A DNA stretch of 63,740 bases, counting the filler, from Craspedostauros australis (lineage: Eukaryota): assembly GCA_030167865.1 (NCBI GenBank). It is 8 parts of 8 records of this genome, joined end to end, with 100 filler letters (N's around TTAATTAATTAA, not from the genome) between each part and the next. Parts side by side here need not be neighbours in the genome. Positions count along the whole stretch, not along the records: positions 1 to 27,510 come from JALAGF010006318.1; 7 more parts are not named here. One strand, written 5' to 3'. How positions within the stretch are numbered: the stretch's first letter is position 1; each line of letters opens with the position of its first letter. Shown here piece after piece: positions 1 to 10,787 of this stretch. The notes under the pieces are model-generated. The model was not told the DNA's origin and ran no database searches. It worked only from the letters and a program-made list of their open reading frames with translations. The translations under genes and the position numbers were made by a program.

Positions 1-493
1 CATTGTGTGGGTAGTGGGAGAGTAGAAGGAAGCACAAGTTGGCCATGACAATGAGGAATGTCCGGACAACACACACGATCAGGCGACAGGGTGTAAAAGT
101 CAAAAATGGAGCCACGAATCTGGGTTTTGCATAAATCAGGATGATTGTGCAAACAACTGACAGGAAGAAGGCTGAAAGATGGCAAATTTTCAGTTTGGTT
201 NTTGACTTTTGGACTGTAGATTATGGAAGAAACTGTTGTTGCCTTATCATGGGAAATGAAAAATTACCGTCTTTCCCCCCCCCCCCTCGGCGCAGTTGCG
301 ACGATCGTGAGCAACGCAGTAGCGAGATTACTTATGTTTAGAGCGGTGCAAAGAACAATCACTGTGGAAGTGCTCTGCGACCTGCCAACATCTGATGCTG
401 AAGAGTCCTCTTGCTGGACTTGCGCACTCGACAAGCTCGTCTCCAGTCTGCAGAGTATTCGATGTCACGGCGACACCGGCAACACGGCAGCAA

Positions 494-1903
494 TCAGGCC
501 CAATGCTGCGCATTCGATTGCACCGTATCCGCATGGACGTCGTCTCCTTCTCCTGCTTCCGCATAGTTCGCAGCGAGCTTCTTGACGAAGGTATCGATCC
601 CAATTCGAAGCATCGTGTAGATCGTCTGCGGTCCGCCCATCGTGGATAATTCGTACATCTTCTTACCACCCACCAGCTTGACGCGCTTGCCTTGAGATCT
701 CTTGTTGGACTTACGTTTTGGTTTTGCAGCCTCGCCAGGTTGCGGTGTGATGGTGTCGGAGGCGCTGATGGGATTTCGCATCCAGGAGTAGCCTTCACCG
801 AAAGTGTGCATCGGATGCTTTTTGGGGCCCTTGCCTTGTCCGCTGCTTGCTGCGCTGCTGGTAGGAGCAGATGGTGTTGGAGGTGCCTTCGCAGCCGCTG
901 GTGCTGCTGCCTCGGGCTTTGGAACACCGGCAGCGCCTTCGTCGGTGGCAGGATCGGATGCTTGAGCTGGTTGCGCTGTGCTTTCCGTCGATCGTCTCCT
1001 ACGTCGAGGGCGCTTGCGTCCACCGCCGCCGTCTTCCTCGACATGACCCTCCTTGATTTCTCGCCAACCGTGAAAGCCCGACATTTCGCTCATATCCATG
1101 TTGAGCAGTCTGTCCAGCTCTTTTGATCTTCGTTTGCCCTTCCCTTTGCCTTTGCTATGGGAAGACTTCGTTGATTTTTGCTTCTGGCCTGCTGGCTGAT
1201 CCGTGCGCGACGAAGCCTGTTGCTTTTGCTTTCGTTCTCCAGCTGGTTCGGAACTGTTGTTGCTGTTCTCCGGCTTGCTTTCTGGCTGTTGCTTTGCAAC
1301 TTTCACCTTGTTCGGTGCACCGCCTTCGCGCGTATTCGGATCGACGCGCGAAGTCATCGTGGCCTTCCCGACTGCAATGGCACGGGCACCATCGCCTTTG
1401 GTCTCAGCCTGCGATAGCGATGGGTTGACCTTCCTGTCCGCATCTTTTGCTCGAGGTCCGGCGGAAACGCGACGCTTTTTCGAACGTTGCGGCGACAGCG
1501 CCAACACATCAATCTGCGCACCTCCTCGGAAGAGACTGCATGCATCGGAGAATGCAGATGGCAACGAAGCTTTTGATTTTGGCGCTGATTTCGTGTCCGA
1601 CAGTGCTTGCAGTTGTCGTGACGAAGTGTTGGCGGTCTGTTTCTGTTTTTTAGCCTCGCCAGCGCGAATGGCTTGCGCATCGAGCAGTGCGCTGAAATGC
1701 CCCGTGCAGCGATCGGAACGTTCCGCTGGAGGCTCTTCGTCAGCTGTTGCTGCTGAAGGGTGCGATGTCTTGTTGTTGCCCTGCGCACTTGCGAGCGCCC
1801 GCAACATCCTGCAAACAGACGCGTCATTGCTGACTGTCTTTGCCTTTGGGATGCCGTTGCGCATGTGCGCGCTCGCATCGCGTGTGGATGTTGCGCCCTG
1901 CAT
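494..1903 (-). CDS. Hypothetical Lys/Ser/Ala-rich low-complexity protein (469 aa), possibly TE-associated
   Basis: Long ORF with basic NLS-like tracts (GRKRPRRRRR). No recognisable domain. The frame continues about 45 codons past the TGA at 494-496. Confidence 0.45.
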   Translation of the reverse strand: MQGATSTRDASAHMRNGIPKAKTVSNDASVCRMLRALASAQGNNKTSHPSAATADEEPPAERSDRCTGHFSALLDAQAIRAGEAKKQKQTANTSSRQLQALSDTKSAPKSKASLPSAFSDACSLFRGGAQIDVLALSPQRSKKRRVSAGPRAKDADRKVNPSLSQAETKGDGARAIAVGKATMTSRVDPNTREGGAPNKVKVAKQQPESKPENSNNSSEPAGERKQKQQASSRTDQPAGQKQKSTKSSHSKGKGKGKRRSKELDRLLNMDMSEMSGFHGWREIKEGHVEEDGGGGRKRPRRRRRSTESTAQPAQASDPATDEGAAGVPKPEAAAPAAAKAPPTPSAPTSSAASSGQGKGPKKHPMHTFGEGYSWMRNPISASDTITPQPGEAAKPKRKSNKRSQGKRVKLVGGKKMYELSTMGGPQTIYTMLRIGIDTFVKKLAANYAEAGEGDDVHADTVQSNAQHWA

Positions 1904-3783
1904 TGGATGACGGTGGTCCTTGCTTCAGTTGTGTTTTGTTATACGAGTGGTCGTGGATTGCTATGCTGTTCCTCGAGACTAATACAATATCATAAAATGG
2001 GATGTTCGTTTGCTTTGTTCTTTGATAATACTTGTGCGGAGTGGAGGTTGAGTGGTTGTCGCGACACTGTGTTTTATGTGGTTGTGGTCGGCCATGCAGA
2101 AGTTGTCCCTTTTCGCGCCAAACAACACAAACAAATTTGGCGAAGCAAGAACAATTCAGAGAAACCATGACCTCTGCTACCAATGCGCGACGCTTTCTCT
2201 CTCTATCTCTGTAGGTATGGTACCATATCATACCAATGCATATTAGTACATATTAGTACACATTCGTACATTACAACTGTGACGGATGGCTAACGGATAC
2301 TCTGACCTTTCCCACCACATCATCTTCTACGAGCCACGCACAAATCACAAGGTGGTTGAAGCCAAGGTGAAGCAGAATATTGTAGTTGAGCAACAGCAAT
2401 TGAGCACAAGAGACTTCCTTCGCAGTTGCTAGACAGGTTGGGAAGCATCACATGCGCAACGCTCCAATGCTGAGTGCGTAGGAACGACTCTATTCAAGAG
2501 AGAGCACGTACCCTGCCAGCATTCCACTCTCGCACTGCATGTTACACCAAACACATTTGACGAGGTCTTCGCTGGACACCAAAACGTCAACAGGTACCAC
2601 GCGGAGCGGCAGTGCCTCCGCTCTTGGCCAACGATGCTTGCCTTCGTGGAAGCACCACCGCAATTGCTTCATCCATGAAGCATGAAAGCAATCAAAGGCC
2701 GCTGCAGGGCCAGTGGAGGCAAACTCTTTCGCTTGATAGCTCCGGTGTTTCCTATGGGGAGTACCTTGCCTGGGTGCCATCATCAATAACGGAGATTTTG
2801 TCCAAGAGAGGGTACAACTTGGCGGGCGGTTACGAATGTTGGTGGAGTACTCTCGAGTTCGATTGCTGTGGCAGCGGCAACGAAGATGCTTGGATCTCGA
2901 CAAGGCTGCTTCGCCCCCCTCCTCTCCACTTGCTGCGACCGGGTCTCCATCTCAACGTATGACCAATGAATAGAGAGAGAGAGAGAGTGCGTGTATATGT
3001 GTGATCCGTTCAGGTACCAGACAAAAACGGCATTCGCGCTGCTTCACGTGGCTAACATCTTTCGTTTCATCGCTTCTCCGTGATCATCTCGCTTCCTTCC
3101 AACCATGCCTTTGCAAAACGAAGACCAACTGACGCATCCTCTCCTCTCTCTCCTCCTGGTTGTGGTGAGGGGGTGTGGCATGTGCGGCAACTGCAGTCGT
3201 TACCCTCACACAACGTCAGCTCCACGATGTTGGTTTTCTTCTTTTGCCCCAACATGGACAAGACACGATGTCGCGAGCAAACGTGAATACGTGACTCGTA
3301 CGTGACTCAGTCTGCGCTCTCGCCAACTTCTGTTTCATTTTTGTTCGCTTGTCCGTGTATTAGGCATACCGGTACACATCTCATTCAGCTTTTCCGACAT
3401 GTTTGTCTGTGTCTTGCTCACGTTCCAATCACGATTCAACAATCTCGTTCCACAAATTCCACGTGGACGTGCTCGCTTGGTGCATGTTATGGTCCTCGGA
3501 GTCGACATTCGTGACGTTTGAAGAAAGATACCTGGATAGCGTGACTGGGTCGGGATTCCGTTTCGACCTGTTGACGCCAACGCCGCGTGATGGCTGCAAC
3601 CTCCGCATGGTGACAGCTACGGTGCTGGAAATCGACAGAGCCCCAAGATTCGGCACCCCATTGATCATCATCGTCGCTGCCGCCGCCATCATCTCTTCAT
3701 CCTGTACGACTTCCAAGTAAAACAAACACCCACCCATCCGCCAATTCAATAACAGCTCTCTACAGCATACTCGCAGAACAGAG

Positions 3784-4729
3784 ATGACGATGCGTAATCA
3801 CGTCGGGTCAGCGCTCCTTCTCCTCGGCTTGCTGATCGCACCGATCGCTTCGTTCGTGGTTGGATCGCAGCCGCAGCGTTCCGCGCGAGCTACCCAAAGC
3901 CTCGTGGTGCGATCGTCCACTTCGACGCCGCAGGCCGAGGAGAATGACATCCTAAAGCCAAGTTACGACATCGAGCCAATCCCTATCCGCATCGGGCACG
4001 GATTCGACATTCATCGCATGGCGCCGATTCAGGAGGCCGGCCAACCGGTCATCATCGGTGGCGTGGAGATCACTCACAAGGACCAGAAGGTGGGCAGTGG
4101 TGCAGAGGGGTGTTGCGCCCGCTGTTGAAATGCACGATGGCGATGTCGAATCCAGTCAGATTGCATTCCTGAACTCACGTCCCTCCATTCCATTTTGCCT
4201 GCTGCACTACCACATTACTGTGTGAATGTGTTGGATACCAATGCCATTCCTCTTTCTACTTGCTTGTATGTACCAGTGGACGGACAAGGATGGCAAGTAC
4301 GTGGAGGCTGGCACGATCTATGAGACCCAGCTCGGCGTCGTCGCGCATTCAGATGGCGACGTCATCTACCACTCCATCGTCGATGGGATCTTCGGTGCTT
4401 TGACCTTGCCGGACATCGGCCAGGTCTTCCAGGACACCGATCCACGATGGAAGGGCTGCGATTCTTCCAAGTTCATGGAGCACGCCTACGAAGTTATGAC
4501 GGGATACGGTTACAAGATAGGAAACATCGATGTGACGCTGATCTTGGAGCGACCAAAGGTTGCCGGGTTCAAGCCTGCCATGAAGGAGAACATCGTGTCC
4601 TTGCTTCGAACAACGCCGGGGCGTATCAACATCAAGGCGCGGACGCATGAGCAGATGGACAGCGTCGGAGAGCTTCGGAGTTTGAGCTGTCATGTCGTCC
4701 TCACTCTTGAGAAGATTGTGGAAAGCTAA
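3784..4729 (+). CDS. ispF: 2-C-methyl-D-erythritol 2,4-cyclodiphosphate synthase (MEP pathway), plastid-targeted
   Basis: Exons 3784-4089 and 4277-4729 joined in frame by a GT..AG intron. Motifs RIGHGFDIHR, HSDGDVIYHSIVD, DIGQVF, NIDVTLILERPK, NIKART. Signal peptide plus ASF bipartite presequence. Confidence 0.95.
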
Positions 4730-5457
4730 AGCTGTATTCCGGATCGTAACGTTGATGATGATCAGAGCAGCGACGGCAGCGGCGGCAATGAATGGATGAT
4801 CCTTGTATGGTGTCTCCACAGAGCAGGAAACAACTGGACTCTCGTCCGCTACTTTTCTCAATTCTACTTTACTTATCCGGCAATGCCTCTGCAAGCAAGA
4901 GCAAGGCAGCAAGCGACAGACACAGGCTTGATAACATACGTCGCTTGTGGCAGAGTGCATTACGGACATATGACATTTGTACACGCCACTTGTATAGCCT
5001 TTGTTTGCTACGCAGTGCATTGGCGTAGAACGCTGCAATGAATAGATCGTATGCTTGCCAGTACTACATGCGATACTCTCTGCAGAGAGAGAGAGAGAGA
5101 TTCCACTCTACTGTGTGGTCATTTCGCTATCGACTTATTGCTTTTGATATCATCCGTCCCATTTCTGCCTTTTGCGTGATCGCTCCGCTGGTTCGCTGTT
5201 TCGTCGGAACAGAGGACTTCGTGGCCTCATGTACCGAGCGGCCAATGCCATACGTAAAAATATAGTTCTGTACTCCAACTTAGCGCCCATTCATTCGTGC
5301 CGAGCACACCATAGCATGGAGAGTCCCATTTCAAGCTATTGATGCGCTCAGCGTTTTCCATCTCTGATGAGAGTCTCCGTTCCATCGCACCATCGCTTCT
5401 TCTACATTCCCGCATCATGCACTCGTACCAGTACCAGTTTTCGTATCCGCTGTGCGG

Positions 5458-7406
5458 CTATCCATCGTTGTTGATGGACGATTGCGAGTAGGTCTTCTTC
5501 CACAGCTCATTGAGCATGTGCATGCAGGCGTTGTTGTTGGCAACCCAGACGAGGAACTTGGCCGCCTGCGAAGGGGTGAGGATGGATCGGATGTTGTTGA
5601 ATTCGATTTCCAAGTCTTCGCCGCACTGCGTCAAACGTGTGCTGAGCTCCTTCAGCACGGAAAGTGACTTTTTTAAACACTCATCCATCTCCTTCGCAAC
5701 GAATCGGCTGTCCTTCAATGCCGCCGACTGCTCTGGTGATACTTGCAGTGTTTGGACTAAGTACTGGAAGAGAGATTTGGGATCCAACTCGCCGCTGTTG
5801 CCAATGCTGGAGTGGTTGCTTGCAGCCTTCTGCGCCGTGGCTGGTGCCGTGGCTGCTGTTGTGGATGGTAACGTAGCTGTTGATGGTACGGCAACGTCAA
5901 CGTGCGCAGCTGCATGCGGCGCAGCAGCACCGTTGGAAATAGATGACGTATCTATGCTTGTCGTGCTCGCATTTGCTGGGGCGCCCGCAGATACAGACGC
6001 ACTGGCATTCAAGTTTGCACTTGGTGTTGCCGATCCATTTTCTGTAGCTGAGGTGCCTCCAGCAGCAGCGGCGGCGGACGCGGCTGCGCTTGTGGTGGGA
6101 TTTGCATTCGCATCCTGTGGCGTCGTGGATGCACCGCCATCCTTGGATGCTTGCGCAACTGACGTACCGCCCTGCAACGTTGCGAGCACGATCGACGTTG
6201 TCTGAGTTGGCATTAGCAACCTCTCGATGTTGCGGAGATGGAATTCGATGGCAGACCGTCGATCACGTCCGTAGTCAGCAAACTTTTCTTTGTACTCTTC
6301 GATTTTGGCAAACACTTCGCTCTCGGATGCCCCACTCTTCAACAAAGCATCCAGGCCCTCTGTTAGCTTATGCTGTCCCTGCTGACTGGACTCTTCTGCT
6401 TCTTCTCCTATCTGCGATTTTCCATTCCAAACACGTTTTACAACGGAAGGGGTCGTCAGTCGGTTCAGAGAGACGTTTGAGGCATGGCGTTGGTGAGATT
6501 ATGGTGCGCAGACGCAGGCATGGCAGCGTTTATGTCAATATGTATGTTCCATTCAATTCCATTCAATTGAATTCATCTCAACTCAACTCAACAGAAAACA
6601 CATGAATTTGAGTCTCCACTCTCATCGGCTCGTCCATCTTTCCTGCCAAGAGGCAAGCGAGCATGCAGGCAATCAAGCACACAACCAAGCACACAACCAA
6701 ACGTGAGCAACGCCAACATAAACGACATAAGCCGACGCACCTGCAGCTGTAACCTGAGCTTCAAGTTCTCTCCCTCCAGCACGTTGATCTGACGTTCCAA
6801 GTTCTCCGTGGCCTCTCGCTTCCGTCTTCGGCATTCTCGCGCGCTGAGTCTGTTCTTTTGAAGCCGTCGCAGTCGCTTCTCGTTCATCGGCTCCTCCTCT
6901 TTGCCCTTGGATGGCAACGGCCGTTTCATGGAGTTGTGGAACGCCTGCTGCGCATTGGGAGCTGCTGCTGCGACTGCAGACATTGGAGGAGCCACCATCG
7001 CTGCAGCTGCCATCGAAGGGATTGCAGTTGCCGGCAACAGAGGTTGCGATTGAGATTGTGGCGGATGTGCGGCGGAAGCCAGGGCAATTTGATTCGCGGA
7101 GGGAGACGGGGCGATCGGTGTCGCGGTTGTTGCCGCAGAAGCAGTCACTGGCGGGGCTATGCCCATCGTCGCAGCTGCTGCGGGTACGCCGACCATCGCA
7201 GCTGTTTGCGTTGTCGCAGAAGCAGCTGTTGCCGGCGCTGTCATTGCGGGAGCTGCGCTGACTGCCACGGATGCTGCAGCCACTGTGATTGGTGTCACTG
7301 TGGGTGTCACCGTTGCTGATGTTGCTGAGGCCACCGTGGCAACTGCAATAGATTCAGGCGTGATCCTGGCACCTGCGTCGCTTTGAATGCTCGTGGTTGT
7401 GCTCAT
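5458..7406 (-). CDS. bZIP transcription factor
   Basis: Exons 7406-6741 and 6411-5458 with an in-frame GT..AG intron. Basic region KRLRRLQKNRLSARECRRRKRE, leucine zipper LERQINVLEGENLKLRLQL, Ala/Thr/Pro-rich N-terminus, C-terminal ILTPSQAAKFLVWV motif. Confidence 0.88.
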
Positions 7407-7951
7407 CGTCGCCAGCGGTCGCAAGAAAGCAAGGAAGGAGGGGAGGAAGGAAATAGTGTTCTCTTGGTTGCAGGCTCTGCCAACGTGAAGGTTGTTGGAA
7501 ACCCTCGCGAGGCCGCTCACACGCCCCGTTCGTGTTTTGTGTACTGTTGGCACGACTCTACTCCTACAAAGCGCGTACAACAGTCGTAGTATGTTCTTTG
7601 TGTGTTTGTGTGTGTTGTGATGTTTGTTTTGCAACACTCGGGCGTCAATTTTTCTGATGGCAAAGTTAGTTTGTTGCATTTGCCTTAGCAGGATTTTTGT
7701 CGTTTCAATGTCGTATTGGCGTGGTGGACTTCATAATTGTCAGAACAGACCACATGGACTACATGCAAGATGGCGTTTTTCCACAATATAGACAAATACT
7801 GCCAAGATATAAGTCCTTTCATGAATTTCCAAAAATAGCAACAAATCATGCAATAAGTCAACATAATTATTCATGACTTCGCCATCCTTCGCGACTCACG
7901 ACTCGACTCATGCCACTCTACTCTGTCAAGGTAGACAGAGTTCGCCACAGC

Positions 7952-9054
7952 TCATTCTCTTGACTTGTGCTTCCTTGATGAATGCTTGCGCTTCTTGCCT
8001 CGGCCTGTATCACCATCCTTATCATCCTCTTCATGTGTGTTAGCATCCATGACATCCGCATCACCGCGATCGTGCTTGTGCGATTTCTTCTTCTTGTGTT
8101 TCTTGTCCGCCTTCTTCTTGTGCTTCTTGGATTTCTTTCGTTTGCTATCGCTGTCCGTGCCGGGTGCCGGTCTCGCAAACAGGTCCTGTCCCTTGTCCAT
8201 GGAGAATTTGTTCTCCGTCTCCACACCCTTGTAGGCAAGTCCTGGACCAATGTCGGCACCGCTGTTTGCAGCCTCCTCCAGCACCTTCTTTGGCAGTCTG
8301 TAGTTCTCCACGTGGTCAGGGCTGAGCGATTTGCCGCACAGCTGTTGTATTGGGTGGTCGTGAGATGGAAACAAGTGCAGAAAGGAGAATGTGTGAGCGT
8401 TCGCGATTGCTAGAGGGATGCTGCACAGATGCATCCTCAATCTGAATGGGCTTCACTTGGCGTGGCCATTTGTTTTTGCTTGTCTGCTTGTCTTCATGAT
8501 GACTCACCATGGCACCACAAAAGTTATCCACGGCCAGGATGCAGCTCCGGCTGTCCTCGTATTTGATGAATGCAAATCCCTTCGACTTTCCTGTGTCTTC
8601 TTCGCGGACCAAGTGAATATCTTCGATCTGCACATTGGTGTTGTTGGGAAGTGTCGCTCAGTGATGTCACAGACAAGGAACGAAAACGAAGAGAGAGAGA
8701 GAGAGAGCGAGAGAGCGTGTGTATGTGTTAGAACAGTAGATGAAATTGAGGTGAATCCTTGCAGCACGCAAAATGGTGACGATGCAATACGATTGCGCAA
8801 CCGTCATCTTACGCAGAATATCGCGCGAGCACTCTGTCCATGCGATCCATCGATTGTGTTGGAGTACATCAACGTACCTCACCAAACTGCGAAAATACGC
8901 AGAGGATATCCCCTTCTGTCAATTCATTCACCAAGTTGCCGACGTAGATCCATGGTGCTTTCTCAAATTGGGCATGCCACGATCCTGGGGTCCCCGCAAG
9001 TCCCAGCTCCAGCTCGCGTTGGTTGATGTTGGTGATTTCTCGTATTCTGTTCAT
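7952..9054 (-). CDS. RBMX2: RRM splicing factor RBMX2/Snu17 (RES complex)
   Basis: Exons 9054-8878, 8627-8508 and 8341-7952, all GT..AG and in frame. SWHAQF, WIYVGNL, LTEGDILCVFSQFGE, TGKSKGFAFIKYED, SCILAVDN, DHVENY, Lys/His-rich tail. Confidence 0.9.
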
Positions 9055-9671
9055 GGTTGTGGAGTCTACTCAGAGAAGCGTCGACCTTGATCAATTTCGA
9101 TTATGTCTGGTTGCCAAGTATTCTCAAGAGTACGTTGCGAGTTCCCGGTTGCGGCAAGTAGTGGTATGGTGCTGCCTTGGTCGGTTCAGTTTGACGATGG
9201 CGCGATTGATGGGATTTGATGCGAGTGGTGGCATTGATGTCTCCCAGCCGCCGTTTGTTTGTTGGTGTTTGCTCCACCAACACAACCGTTTTCTGTTTCG
9301 GTCTCTTGCTCACTTTTTGCCGTGTTTTGTTGGCTGGTTGTGATGATCAAGTCGAAGTTGTCATTCAAGTCACGTTTGTATCTTTGCATCTTCTATCCCC
9401 GCTTCCAATTGCATTCTGTGCTGACGATGACGTATCTTCAACGATGACCAGCTGGTTGAACCAATGCAAAACCACAAGAAAGAGAGCGAGGAGACGAGCG
9501 CCGCCGATCAATGCAAAGCAACGGCGTTCCCACAGATTGACCGCAGAGTCCATACTTGTGCAAATACCTTCACATTTCAAACGGCTTGCACATCGTCACC
9601 GCCATCGCCATCGCAATTGACATTGCACCGCCCAGTACCATCCTCGGACAACAGAATACAAGTATAGCATC

Positions 9672-10265
9672 ATGAAGGGCTTCGCTACATTCCTCGTCAC
9701 TCTGATGATGTCATCCACCCTGACGTTCGGGTTTGCCCCGCAGCAGCATTCCGTGGCACCATCCACCAACTTCGCCAGAAGAAGCACCGATGCTGCAGTC
9801 ACCGCCACTCAACTGCAAGCCGCAGTGCCGGACTTGGAGGTCGTCGCCTTGGTGGCCGGCCAGGAGAATTACGGTCTGGCCATTGTTTGCTTGGGCGAAG
9901 GCGTGTGGTCCTTGTCTCAGGCACCCAGCCTCGACCATGCCCTCAAGACGTTGGGACCTGCCGTCGTGGCGGCCATCGTTTTGGGCGTCGTCTCCGGTCC
10001 CATGATCACCAGCGGTGACCTCGATTCCGTCGGCCTGGGACTGTGGATCGCCACCGCCACCAGCGTGGGATTGGGTGGTTCCTACATCGCGCGTCTGCTG
10101 GCACCGTACTCGCCGTCCTCCAAGGAAATCGCGGCGTTGGGATTGCTCGTTGCCATTGCTGGATTTTTCAGTTTCACGCAGAATTTGGTCGTCGACGGCT
10201 TCGTCACCTTGCCATCCATCCCCATGCCATCATTACCATCCATCGACATCCAGTTGCCATTCTAG
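9672..10265 (+). CDS. Hypothetical plastid-targeted membrane protein (197 aa)
   Basis: Signal peptide ending TFG/FAP, Ser/Thr-rich transit-like segment, 3-4 hydrophobic helices, C-ending codon bias. Confidence 0.75.
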   Translation: MKGFATFLVTLMMSSTLTFGFAPQQHSVAPSTNFARRSTDAAVTATQLQAAVPDLEVVALVAGQENYGLAIVCLGEGVWSLSQAPSLDHALKTLGPAVVAAIVLGVVSGPMITSGDLDSVGLGLWIATATSVGLGGSYIARLLAPYSPSSKEIAALGLLVAIAGFFSFTQNLVVDGFVTLPSIPMPSLPSIDIQLPF

Positions 10266-10787
10266 GCATAATGTGGAGCATAATATGCAATGCGATGCAT
10301 CGGTGAAGTGCATGGTACAGTTCTTGGCACATTCCATGATGTGCTCCGGCACAGAGTGCGAGTACGGCTCCCTTGCAAGCATGATCGGAATCCAATTTGA
10401 GGCTGACGCGGTGTCCGCATTGTGACGGGACGGGATGGAATACAGTGGAATGGAAGGAAATAGGCCTCATCAGAGAGTTACCGGACTCTCCGATCACACA
10501 CGAAAGTATGCCTCGCTCCTCCCCAAGGATTGCGGAACGATCTTCTGCATTGCGCCGCGTTCTTTCCTCACAGACACAACCAAGTGATAAAGTGCTGCAG
10601 GAGCAAAACCAATGCATGACTCACTCTTGAGGTAGCTGAGAACGAGCGGATGCGCTTGTCTGGAGTGTACCAGAACAGTCCCAATCCTTCACACGGTCGT
10701 AACGCAATTTATGGGCAAATCCATATCTTACTCCATCTGCTAAAGTCAAATCAAACGCCCCAAGTACATTGCTTTGCTCTGTAGTCT

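Noticed and set aside
2971..2987. (GA)n microsatellites (also near 5083 and 8690) and a 15-bp triple repeat near 39518
   Set aside because: Ordinary simple repeats.
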